NCBI GenBank assembly: GCA_963830915.1
Contig: CAWHOE010000037.1
Location: forward strand, 1-14,810
Direction of reading: 5' to 3'
Length of the DNA stretch: 14,810 nucleotides
Source of the DNA: a candidate division FCPU426 bacterium
GTDB lineage: Bacteria > Oederibacteriota > Muellerivitia > Muellerivitales > Muellerivitaceae
Position 1 is the stretch's first letter; the number at the start of each line of letters is the position of its first letter. Below are positions 1-7,283 of this stretch, piece after piece. Under the pieces are notes generated by a model. The model searched no databases. It was not told where the DNA came from and saw nothing but the letters and a program-made list of their open reading frames with translations. A program made the position numbers and the translations under genes.

Positions 1-57
1 TTGGTCCTTGAGCCGGCCGTCCTTGTCCTGTAAAAAAAGTTTTAAAGATTCCATCAT
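1..57 (-). CDS. 5' end of a gene running off the window (MMESLKLFLQDKDGRLKDQ...), product unknown
   Basis: ATG at 57 (second ATG at 54), AAGGA Shine-Dalgarno-like sequence 8 nt upstream, 19 open codons to the window edge, same strand as and 68 nt downstream of glgA. Confidence 0.5.
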   Translation of the reverse strand, partial: MMESLKLFLQDKDGRLKDQ

Positions 58-125
58 TGTCTTGATCCTTCGATCGTTGGAGGTTTAGGGGGTTTCTTTT
101 TTCCCGGGAAAAGGTTGGGCCTTGG

Positions 126-1643
126 TTATTTTCTCAGGATGTTCTCGTAAAGTTCCAAATACTTCTTGGCCGAAGCGTCCCAGGAGAAATCCTGTTTCAT
201 GGCCCGCTCGACGAGCTCGGTCCAGAGTTTCGGCTGGTGGTAAGCCTCGATCGACCGTCGGACGGCCGCCAATAGCTCATCGCCCCGGTAATTGTCGAAT
301 ACGAAACCCGTTCCCTTTTTACCGTCCAGGGATAGGTTCTCGACCGTATCGGATAAACCACCCGTCTTGCGCACCAACGGGATGGAGCCGTACTTCATGG
401 CGATCATCTGTTCCAGGCCGCAGGGTTCGGTGCGGGAAGGCACCAAAGTAATGTCGCTACCGGCGAAGAACAACCGGGACAAGCGGTCATCATCCTTGAG
501 GGTCACGGAGAATTTCTGCGGATTCTTATCTTGGACTTCTTTGAAAAGGGATTGGTATCGGTTCTCTCCCGTTCCCAAAATGACATATTGGGCGTCCAGG
601 GCCAAAAGCTCCGGGATGATCCCGGTGATCAAGTCCATCCCCTTCCGGTCCGTCAGTTCGGTAACCAGAGCGATGACCGGGGTCTGTTGATCGAACTTAA
701 GGTCCAGTTCCTTCAATAGTTTGAGTTTGGACTCTATCTTTTTCTGATGATTCTTGGCCGTGTATTGTCCCGGTATCTGTTTATCGGTAGCTGGGTTCCA
801 TTCGGAGTAATTGATACCGTTCACGATCCCGTAAAGGTCCCTGGCCCGGGACTGTAGGACCCCCTGCAAACCGTGTCCAAATTCGTCGGTCTGGATCTCC
901 TGGGCGTACCGCTCGGAAACCGTATTCAAGGCGTCCGAATAGACCAGCCCCGCTTTCAAGTAATTGACCTGGTCGTAAAATTCCAATTTTTCATGCTGGA
1001 ATTCCTCCCAACCCACGCCGGTCATAGGAAGCACATATTTGGGGAATAGGCCCTGGTAGGCCATATTATGAACGGTGAAAAGGGTTCGGATCCTTTCGTA
1101 AGTGGGTATCTCGTGGTAAAGGGTCTTCAAATAGACCCCCAACAACCCCGTCTGCCAGTCGTTCAAGTGTATAAGGTTCGGGAACCAATGGATGGACTTG
1201 AGCATCTCCAGGACCGCCCGGCAAAAGAAGGCGTATCTTTCAGCGTTGTCCTGGTAATCACCCTCGGGGGAACCGTACAAACCGTCCCGATCGAAATAAT
1301 GGTCGTTATTGATGAAATAGACCTTGCCGTGGGTATCGCCCAGGCGCGCGGAAAGGATATCGGCGTTCAGGTCCCCCATTCCCATGGGAACCGGCATGCC
1401 TTTGACCTCCATTTTCATCCCATATTTCTCCGGCGAAATGCTCCGGTACCTGGGCAGTACCACCGCCACCTCGCACCCTTGGGTCATCAGAGCTGGCGGA
1501 AGAAACCCGGCCGTATCGGCCAATTCACCGGTCTTGACGAAGGGGGACACCTCGGAAGCCACGATGAGGATCTTTTTCTTCAAAGACCCATTCGTTTTCG
1601 GATTCCGGGAGAAGAGATTGTTCGTCCAATTGATCGGAGCCAT
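126..1643 (-). CDS. glgA: Glycogen/starch synthase family (GT5) protein with non-canonical active-site motifs
   Basis: 505 aa. Motifs ASEVSPFVKTGELAD, YFDRDGLYG, DNAERYAFFCRA, IHLNDWQTG, FTVHNMAYQG, TVSERYAQEI, GIVNGI..WNP, PSRTEPCGLEQMIAMKYG, TGGLSDTV, FSW. ATG preceded by AAAGGT, with a ~20-aa N-terminal extension before KILIVASE. Confidence 0.93.
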   Translation of the reverse strand: MAPINWTNNLFSRNPKTNGSLKKKILIVASEVSPFVKTGELADTAGFLPPALMTQGCEVAVVLPRYRSISPEKYGMKMEVKGMPVPMGMGDLNADILSARLGDTHGKVYFINNDHYFDRDGLYGSPEGDYQDNAERYAFFCRAVLEMLKSIHWFPNLIHLNDWQTGLLGVYLKTLYHEIPTYERIRTLFTVHNMAYQGLFPKYVLPMTGVGWEEFQHEKLEFYDQVNYLKAGLVYSDALNTVSERYAQEIQTDEFGHGLQGVLQSRARDLYGIVNGINYSEWNPATDKQIPGQYTAKNHQKKIESKLKLLKELDLKFDQQTPVIALVTELTDRKGMDLITGIIPELLALDAQYVILGTGENRYQSLFKEVQDKNPQKFSVTLKDDDRLSRLFFAGSDITLVPSRTEPCGLEQMIAMKYGSIPLVRKTGGLSDTVENLSLDGKKGTGFVFDNYRGDELLAAVRRSIEAYHQPKLWTELVERAMKQDFSWDASAKKYLELYENILRK

Positions 1644-1713
1644 GAGGAACCTTTATCCTTGATACAAGAGCCGACAAACGGCTTTAGAAGGGCTGTTATT
1701 TATTGAAAACGGC

Positions 1714-1741
1714 ATTATAGGTTTCAAAACAGGGGTGTCAA
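1714..1741 (-). promoter_or_regulatory. Sigma70-type promoter for glgA
   Basis: Minus strand TTGACA (1741-1736), 16-bp spacer, TATAAT (1719-1714): both hexamers are perfect consensus, 70 nt upstream of the glgA ATG. Confidence 0.85.
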
Positions 1742-1784
1742 GGCAAGCGGGTCAAAGGGCCAATAGAATATAGGCAGAAGCCTT

Positions 1785-1841
1785 AAAAACAGTCACCCCT
1801 TCCCGACCTCCCTTGAGACGTTCGAGAAGACCGGGAAGGGG
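1785..1841 (-). terminator. Probable intrinsic terminator after glgM
   Basis: Perfect 10-bp inverted repeat CCCCTTCCCG (1796-1805) / CGGGAAGGGG (1832-1841), extendable inward by G-U pairs on the minus-strand RNA, followed by TGACTGTTTTT. The U-tract is offset 6 nt from the stem. Confidence 0.55.
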
Positions 1842-1910
1842 CGTGGATCAAGGTACTAAAGGGCCGAAAACGGTTTTAGACCCCTAGGGTGAAACCGTTC
1901 CAAACCGATA

Positions 1911-3059
1911 TTATTTCTTCTTTGAGACCAGTGAAGCGTAGAGATCGCGGGTTTTCTCCGCGATAGATGTCCAGCTGAAATATTGCTCGACCCTTTTTCG
2001 CCCGTTCTCGCCATACCGAACCGCCATGGCTGGGTCTTTCAATAATTTTTTCACGGCCTCCGCTATCTCAGCTGGTTTCCCTGGCTCCACCAAATAACCC
2101 GTCTCGCCAGGGACGACCACTTCCAGGATCCCCCCCACCGCCGAAGCGACGACCGGGGTCCGGCAGGCCATGGCTTCCAGGTTGATAATCCCGAAAGGCT
2201 CATAAATGGACGGGCAGATGAAAGCCCGCGCCGAGCTGTACATTTGGATGACTTCCTCTTCCTTGAGCATCTTGCGGATCCAAAGGATATTCTTCTTGGT
2301 GCTGGCCTTTTTGGTCATCAATTCCTCGTACTCCTTGGTGTCCCCGCCGCCCGCGCAGAGGACGACCTGGCAGGGGATCTGGTCCGCGGCGTCGATCAGG
2401 TGCTCGATGCCCTTTTGAGGGGTCGTTCTCCCCACATAAAGGACGAAATCATCCTGGACCTGGTACTCTTTTTTCAGCCCTTCGTTCAGGGGCGTCTTGA
2501 CGTACTTGTTCAGGTCGATGCCGTTATGGATCACGGTCACCCTGTCCTCGGGGACGTTGAAATGCTTGAGGATGTCCGCTTTCATGTCCTTCGAGACGGC
2601 CACGATCTTATCCGCTGACTCGATGGAGATCCTCTCGATCCAGGAACTCAGTTGATAGCCTCCCGCTCCCAGCTGTTGGTCCTTCCAGGGGCGCAGAGGC
2701 TCCAGGCTGTGGCAGGTCAGGACGAAGGGGACCTGGTAAAGGAGCTTGGCCAGTAGCCCGGCGAAATGGGCGTACCAGGTGTGGGTATGGATCACGTCCG
2801 AATCGAAATCATCCGAAAGGGACGCCATGTTCACCGACATGGTCTCCAGGACCGCCGAGAATTTCTGCTTGTCCTTCAGGCTTTCCCAGGGTTTGTAGCC
2901 CTTGGCCTTGCGGTGGGGTTCGGTGACATCCTGTTCCCCGAAACACCTCACGTCCACATCCATGAGTTTCATGAGCTCTTGGGATAGATACTTGATATGG
3001 ATGCCCGCTCCCCCATAGATATGAGGCGGATATTCCTTGGTGACCAAAGTGACTTTCAT
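1911..3059 (-). CDS. glgM: Alpha-maltose-1-phosphate synthase (GT4; actinobacterial/Corynebacterium-type 'glycogen synthase')
   Basis: 382 aa. TKEYPPHIYGGAGIH, HTHTWY, LTCHSLEPLRPWK..QLG.GY..SSW.E, VGRTTPQKG and CPSIYEPFGIINLEAMAC are characteristic of GlgM. Strong AAGGAG RBS; directly downstream of glgE, which uses its product. Confidence 0.9.
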   Translation of the reverse strand: MKVTLVTKEYPPHIYGGAGIHIKYLSQELMKLMDVDVRCFGEQDVTEPHRKAKGYKPWESLKDKQKFSAVLETMSVNMASLSDDFDSDVIHTHTWYAHFAGLLAKLLYQVPFVLTCHSLEPLRPWKDQQLGAGGYQLSSWIERISIESADKIVAVSKDMKADILKHFNVPEDRVTVIHNGIDLNKYVKTPLNEGLKKEYQVQDDFVLYVGRTTPQKGIEHLIDAADQIPCQVVLCAGGGDTKEYEELMTKKASTKKNILWIRKMLKEEEVIQMYSSARAFICPSIYEPFGIINLEAMACRTPVVASAVGGILEVVVPGETGYLVEPGKPAEIAEAVKKLLKDPAMAVRYGENGRKRVEQYFSWTSIAEKTRDLYASLVSKKK

Positions 3060-3082
3060 GGTTACTTCTCCTTGAAGAATTG

Positions 3083-3121
3083 AACCGCGAGGGGTCGAGG
3101 CTACCGGCCCTTCGCGGTTTT
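3083..3121. terminator. GC-rich hairpin in the glgE-glgM spacer
   Basis: AACCGCGAGGGGTCG-AGGCTAC-CGGCCCTTCGCGGTT: 15-bp stem with two G-T pairs as read on the + strand and a 7-nt loop, ending in TTTT (3118-3121). Functional orientation is uncertain. Confidence 0.45.
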
Positions 3122-3151
3122 AGGTCCAGCGTCTGCTTGGAAAGCTCCGGT

Positions 3152-5142
3152 TCAATGCCCCGGTGTACGGATATAGGCGTCGATGATGGATTCCCAGCCG
3201 CGCTTCCTGGCCAATCCATCGATCACCGCGTGGTAAGCCTGGTCATAAGTAGGACCGGCGTAAACCTTGGGCGCGATCACTTCCTGGTAAAGGCGGGACA
3301 TCTGGCGGCGGGCCAGGATGTCGCTCTTCTTCCCCGCCTGCTCCTGGAAATCGAAGAACAGTTTCCCATTCTCCTCCGCTTGCGCCGAAACCAGCCCCTT
3401 CCCTTGTTTCAAGGTCTTGCCCGGCTCCAGCCGGAATATCTGGACCTGTTCCTGGGAGGGATCGAGGAGGACGTAGTTCTCCCGTCCCTTCCACTGGTAG
3501 GTCTTCCCGGTGATCATTTCCACCGCCAGGTAAGGCTCATCCGAACCGATCCCCAGTTTTCCACCGGCACCGTGATCCGGGAGGTCTGGGTGCCGCTCAA
3601 GTTGAAGTTAACGGTGGTCAAGAGGATATTCTCCCCGCTGGGATCGGTCTTGACGAAGGCGAGGATATGCTCGTTGGTCGAGGGGCAGAATTGGATGTTA
3701 TCGAAATAATGCAGGGCTTGGTTCTCATGGCGGATACGGTTGACGACCGAGATATAGTCCTTGATGTTCCCAGGCCTGTCCCAATCCCAGACCTTGAGCT
3801 CGTATTTTTCCGAGTTGATATAGGTCTCGGCCCCGGGATTCGCGCCGTTCTCGCACAGCTCATAATTGCTGGCAATGCCGTAGGCGGGCGACAGGGTGGC
3901 GGCCAGGGCCAGCCGCATCTTGAAGGCGGGCCGTCCCCCTTTTTGTAGTATCTCCGGCAGGATGTCCGGGGTATTGGCGAAGAAATTCATCCGGAGGAAA
4001 TCCTTCACGTAGCTGGACGTCAAACGGTCCATGTACTCGATCATCTCGTTCTTCGTGTTGCGCCAGGTGAAGTAGTTATAGGACTGGGAGAAACCCAGTT
4101 TGGCCAGCAGTTCCAGGCGTTCGTAATAGGTGAAAGCTTCCGACAGGAAGAACAGGTCGGGGCATTCCTTCTTCAATTCAGGGATGACCCAGTGCCAGAA
4201 GTCATCGGGCTTGGTGTGGGGATTGTCGATCCGGAAGATGGTCACACCCTGTTTGATCCAGAATGAGAAGATATTCTTGAGTTCGTCCCACATTTTCTCC
4301 CGGTCGGGCGGATAGAAATTCAGGAAGACCGTATCCTCGTATTTTTTCGGGGGATTTTCGGCGTACTTGATGGTCCCATCGGGATTGTGGAAGAACCAGT
4401 CCGGATGTTCCTTCAGCCAGGGATGGTCGTAGGAACAGGTCAGGGCCATGTCCATGGCGATGCGGATGCCCATCTTATCCGCTTTTTTCACGAACTTCCG
4501 GAAGTCGTCCAAGGTGCCCAGCTCGGGATGGATAGCGGTGTGCCCGCCTGTCTCGTCCCCGATGGACCAAACGCAACCCGGGTCCCCTGGTCCGGCCCAA
4601 AGGGTGTTGTTCGGACCCTTGCGGTTGGTATGACCGATCGGATGGATCGGGGCTAAGTAGATGACATCGAAACCCATCCACTTGATCTCGTCCAGGCGGT
4701 TCTCGCAATCCTTGAAAGTTCCGCTCTTTCCAGGGATCTGGCCCTGGGACCGGGGGAAGATCTCATACCAGGCGCCGAAACGGGCCACTTCCGGCTCCAC
4801 GAACACTTCCAAAACCTTGCCATATTCGATCGTTTGGGATGGTTTATCGGGGGAAACAGCCTCAACGGTGTACTCGAAAGTGCCGGTCTTGCCGAAACGA
4901 ACGCTCCGTTGGTACCGGGACAAGGAGCCGAACCAATCCACGGACTTCATGGGGGAATTTTTCCAGGCCTTCTCCCCCTTCTTCCGGAACTTGAGGGAAA
5001 CCTTGAGCGGGTCTTCCGTTGTCAGGTCGGCCTGGACCAGGAAGTCCCGGTCGGCTTCGGTCTTGGCGGGATAGAGACCGCCATCCACCTCCGGGAATAC
5101 ATGCTTGATGAGGATCGGGTTTTTGGAACGGGATGGTTTCAT
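3152..5142 (-). CDS. glgE: Alpha-1,4-glucan:maltose-1-phosphate maltosyltransferase (GH13_3), split by a 1-nt frameshift at ~3557-3560; about 663 aa when repaired
   Basis: ARFGAWYEIFPRS, MGFDVIYLAPIHPIG, RKGPNN, YAENPPKKYED, catalytic FRIDNPHTKP / FLSEAFT / NTPDILP, SEKYELK. Adding one A to GAAAAC joins ORF 3514..5142 to ORF 3152..3523 as ...VPVEKLGIGSDEPYLAVEMITGKTYQWKGRENYVLLDP..., the normal GlgE domain-C ending. Confidence 0.92.
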
Positions 5143-5174
5143 TTCGAATTCCTGGAAAATGATTTGGAACGGAT

Positions 5175-5190
5175 CTGAAAGATCTTTCAG
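5175..5190. promoter_or_regulatory. Perfect 16-bp palindrome, candidate repressor operator upstream of glgE
   Basis: CTGAAAGATCTTTCAG is its own reverse complement and lies between the predicted -10 element (5223-5218) and the glgE start (5142). Confidence 0.5.
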
Positions 5191-5217
5191 GCAAAGAACA
5201 AGGCCAGAACGCGGGGC

Positions 5218-5245
5218 ATTATATCCAAAAAGGTTTTGCCGTTAA
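5218..5245 (-). promoter_or_regulatory. Putative sigma70-type promoter for glgE-glgM
   Basis: Perfect TATAAT at 5223-5218; TTAACG (4/6 match to -35) at 5245-5240 with a 16-bp spacer. Confidence 0.55.
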
Positions 5246-5267
5246 AGCCAATCCCGGTGGATAAGGG

Positions 5268-6824
5268 TCACGGCAAGTCCCAACGTTTTTCAAGGTTTTG
5301 GGGTTCGATGGTCTTTTTTTCTTGGAGGGATTTTTCCAGCAGGTCCCTGACGATCAAGCCCGTATTCCTTTTGGATTTGATCTTCCGGAACAATTCGTAC
5401 CCATCACCACCCTCAGCCAAAAAGTCGTTCACGGCAACCTTATACCTTTGGCGGTCCTTCAATTTCTCGTCCCCCACCAGGACGACCGTCGTCCCATCGA
5501 CGGCCTGGACCTTCAAGCCGGAGATCTGCAGGAAATCGCCCTTCCCTTTTTGGGCCAGGGAAGCCTCGATGGCTTTGCGGATGACCCAACCTGGGGAATC
5601 CAACATCACCACTTCCTCCTCAACCGGGCAAAGTTCATATAGTTTTTCCCGGGTCAATGGTCCGGCCGGCAGGTCCTCCCGGATGGAGTGGCTGTTCAAC
5701 AAGGCGATCTGAGCGGCCCCTTCCGACCTCATGGCGTCCACGGCGATCTGGCCCATCAAGCTGTCTCCCTGGTCGTTCATGGGGATCGGCCCGGTCAAGT
5801 TCGCGAGGGTTTCATCCAGGGGCTTGGCTTTCAAGTGGCCCCGGTATCGCTCCAACAAGGCCGTCATCTTGGGGTCCTCGGGAAGATCGGAAGTGATGGG
5901 GATCAACTGGTATTTATAATCCGAGACCCAGTACTCCTCTTTCTTGGTCTTGGGGTCCCTTTGGCTGTCCAGGGTCAGGTCCAAACGTCCCAGATAGAGT
6001 CCCTGGGATCCGGCCTGGACGATGATGGGACCGGCGATGGCGCCGTCCTTGTTCTTCTCCACGACCGGCTCGGTCAAAAGGGTGTGGCTGTAGCCCCCCA
6101 CGATGACATGCAGGAAGGTGTTGTCCTTGGCGAACTTCTTGTCCTCATCCAGTCCCAACTGGCTCAAGGCGATGAAAACGTCCGCGTCCTTCTTCAGGAT
6201 GGAATGGAGCCCCTTGGCGGCCGCTCCCGCCGGATTGAAGATCAAACCCGAGACGTTCTCCCGCCGGGTCAGACTGGGGGTTTCCGGATTGCTGTAGCCG
6301 ATGATCCCGATCCTCACCCCCGCGTAGCGCAGGACATAGGCCTTCATGAAATTCTGGGAATTACCCCGCACCACGATATTGGCCGACACCCAGGGTATGC
6401 GGAATTTCTTGTTGAACTCGACCAGCGCCTTCTTGCCGTAGTCGAAGTCATGGATGCCCAAGGCCACGGCGTCATATTGCATCAGTTGGTAAGCCGCGCA
6501 ATCCGCCTCGCCCTTGGTGAGGGAGGAAAGGGCCGTGCCCGTGAACAGGTCCCCGCTGTCCACCAGGATGACCTTCTTGGGTCCCGCTTCCTGGCGGATC
6601 TTCTCGATGAGGGCCATCCGGCGGGTTACGCCCCCGACCGGCTTGGTCGAGTCGTTGACCTGCAGGGGGTCCAACTGGCCGTGGTGGTCGTTGGTGAAAA
6701 GGATGGTGAACTGGACCTCGCGCGCCGAGGAAGCGGGTGGTGAAATCAGTAATGACGCCAGGATATAAAGGGCCGGGATCAGGAAACGGTAAAAGGAATG
6801 GGAACGGCGGGAGCCTATCGGCAT
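5268..6824 (-). CDS. Secreted 5'-nucleotidase/UshA-like protein (metallophosphoesterase plus 5'-nucleotidase C-terminal domain) with a degenerate metal site
   Basis: 518 aa. N-terminal signal-like segment (basic, hydrophobic, ...ASSA/RE). Motifs ILFTNDHHG, VDSGDLFTGT, YDAVALGIHDFDYG, PWVSANI, IVGGYSHT, IVQAG...YLGRLDL, QISGL, YKVAVNDFLAEGGDGY. Confidence 0.88.
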   Translation of the reverse strand: MPIGSRRSHSFYRFLIPALYILASLLISPPASSAREVQFTILFTNDHHGQLDPLQVNDSTKPVGGVTRRMALIEKIRQEAGPKKVILVDSGDLFTGTALSSLTKGEADCAAYQLMQYDAVALGIHDFDYGKKALVEFNKKFRIPWVSANIVVRGNSQNFMKAYVLRYAGVRIGIIGYSNPETPSLTRRENVSGLIFNPAGAAAKGLHSILKKDADVFIALSQLGLDEDKKFAKDNTFLHVIVGGYSHTLLTEPVVEKNKDGAIAGPIIVQAGSQGLYLGRLDLTLDSQRDPKTKKEEYWVSDYKYQLIPITSDLPEDPKMTALLERYRGHLKAKPLDETLANLTGPIPMNDQGDSLMGQIAVDAMRSEGAAQIALLNSHSIREDLPAGPLTREKLYELCPVEEEVVMLDSPGWVIRKAIEASLAQKGKGDFLQISGLKVQAVDGTTVVLVGDEKLKDRQRYKVAVNDFLAEGGDGYELFRKIKSKRNTGLIVRDLLEKSLQEKKTIEPQNLEKRWDLP

Positions 6825-6830
6825 GCCGGT

Positions 6831-7181
6831 TTAAAAATCACTGACGGCGTCTTGCTCGGTCTTCAGTATGTGGAAGAGGCCTGGAAGTTCCAGGAGATCG
6901 AATACCTTGTAAATATCCGTGCTGACGTTGGCGATCTTGATGTCCCCATGGTTCTTGCGCACATCCTTGATGATGCTCATGAGAACACCGAATCCCGCGC
7001 TGGAGATATAAGTGAGCTTCTTCATGTTCAGGACGATCTTATACTGCTTTTTCTTGAACAACTCCTGGAGGATGGCCTCGAACTCCCCGACCGTGTTGAT
7101 ATCCAACACGCCCTCGATGTCGACAATGGTGACAGACGTATTGGACATAGCCGCTCTTGAGGCAAGCACCAAACGTTCCAT
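6831..7181 (-). CDS. STAS-domain anti-sigma factor antagonist (SpoIIAA/RsbV-like)
   Basis: IVDIEGVLDINT, IVLNMKKLTYISSAGFGVL (phospho-acceptor Ser motif), GDIKIANVS..IYKVFDLL. GGAGG lies 7 nt before the ATG at 7181, favouring it over the TTG at 7184. Confidence 0.92.
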   Translation of the reverse strand: MERLVLASRAAMSNTSVTIVDIEGVLDINTVGEFEAILQELFKKKQYKIVLNMKKLTYISSAGFGVLMSIIKDVRKNHGDIKIANVSTDIYKVFDLLELPGLFHILKTEQDAVSDF

Positions 7182-7283
7182 CAATGACCCTCCCTATTAG
7201 TCCGCGAATATTTCAAATAAAACGATCTTTTGCCGTCCCGCCTGTCCCAAGTGGACCGCGGGAAATCTATCAACCTAAAAACC

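Noticed and set aside
1911..3059. Calling this gene a second classical glgA or a generic LPS GT4
   Set aside because: It lacks GT5 motifs and carries the GlgM-type HSLEPLRPWK and EYPP..YGGAG signatures next to glgE.
3152..3523. 123-aa ORF as an independent gene
   Set aside because: Its first ~30 residues are the end of GlgE domain C, and one added base joins it to glgE.
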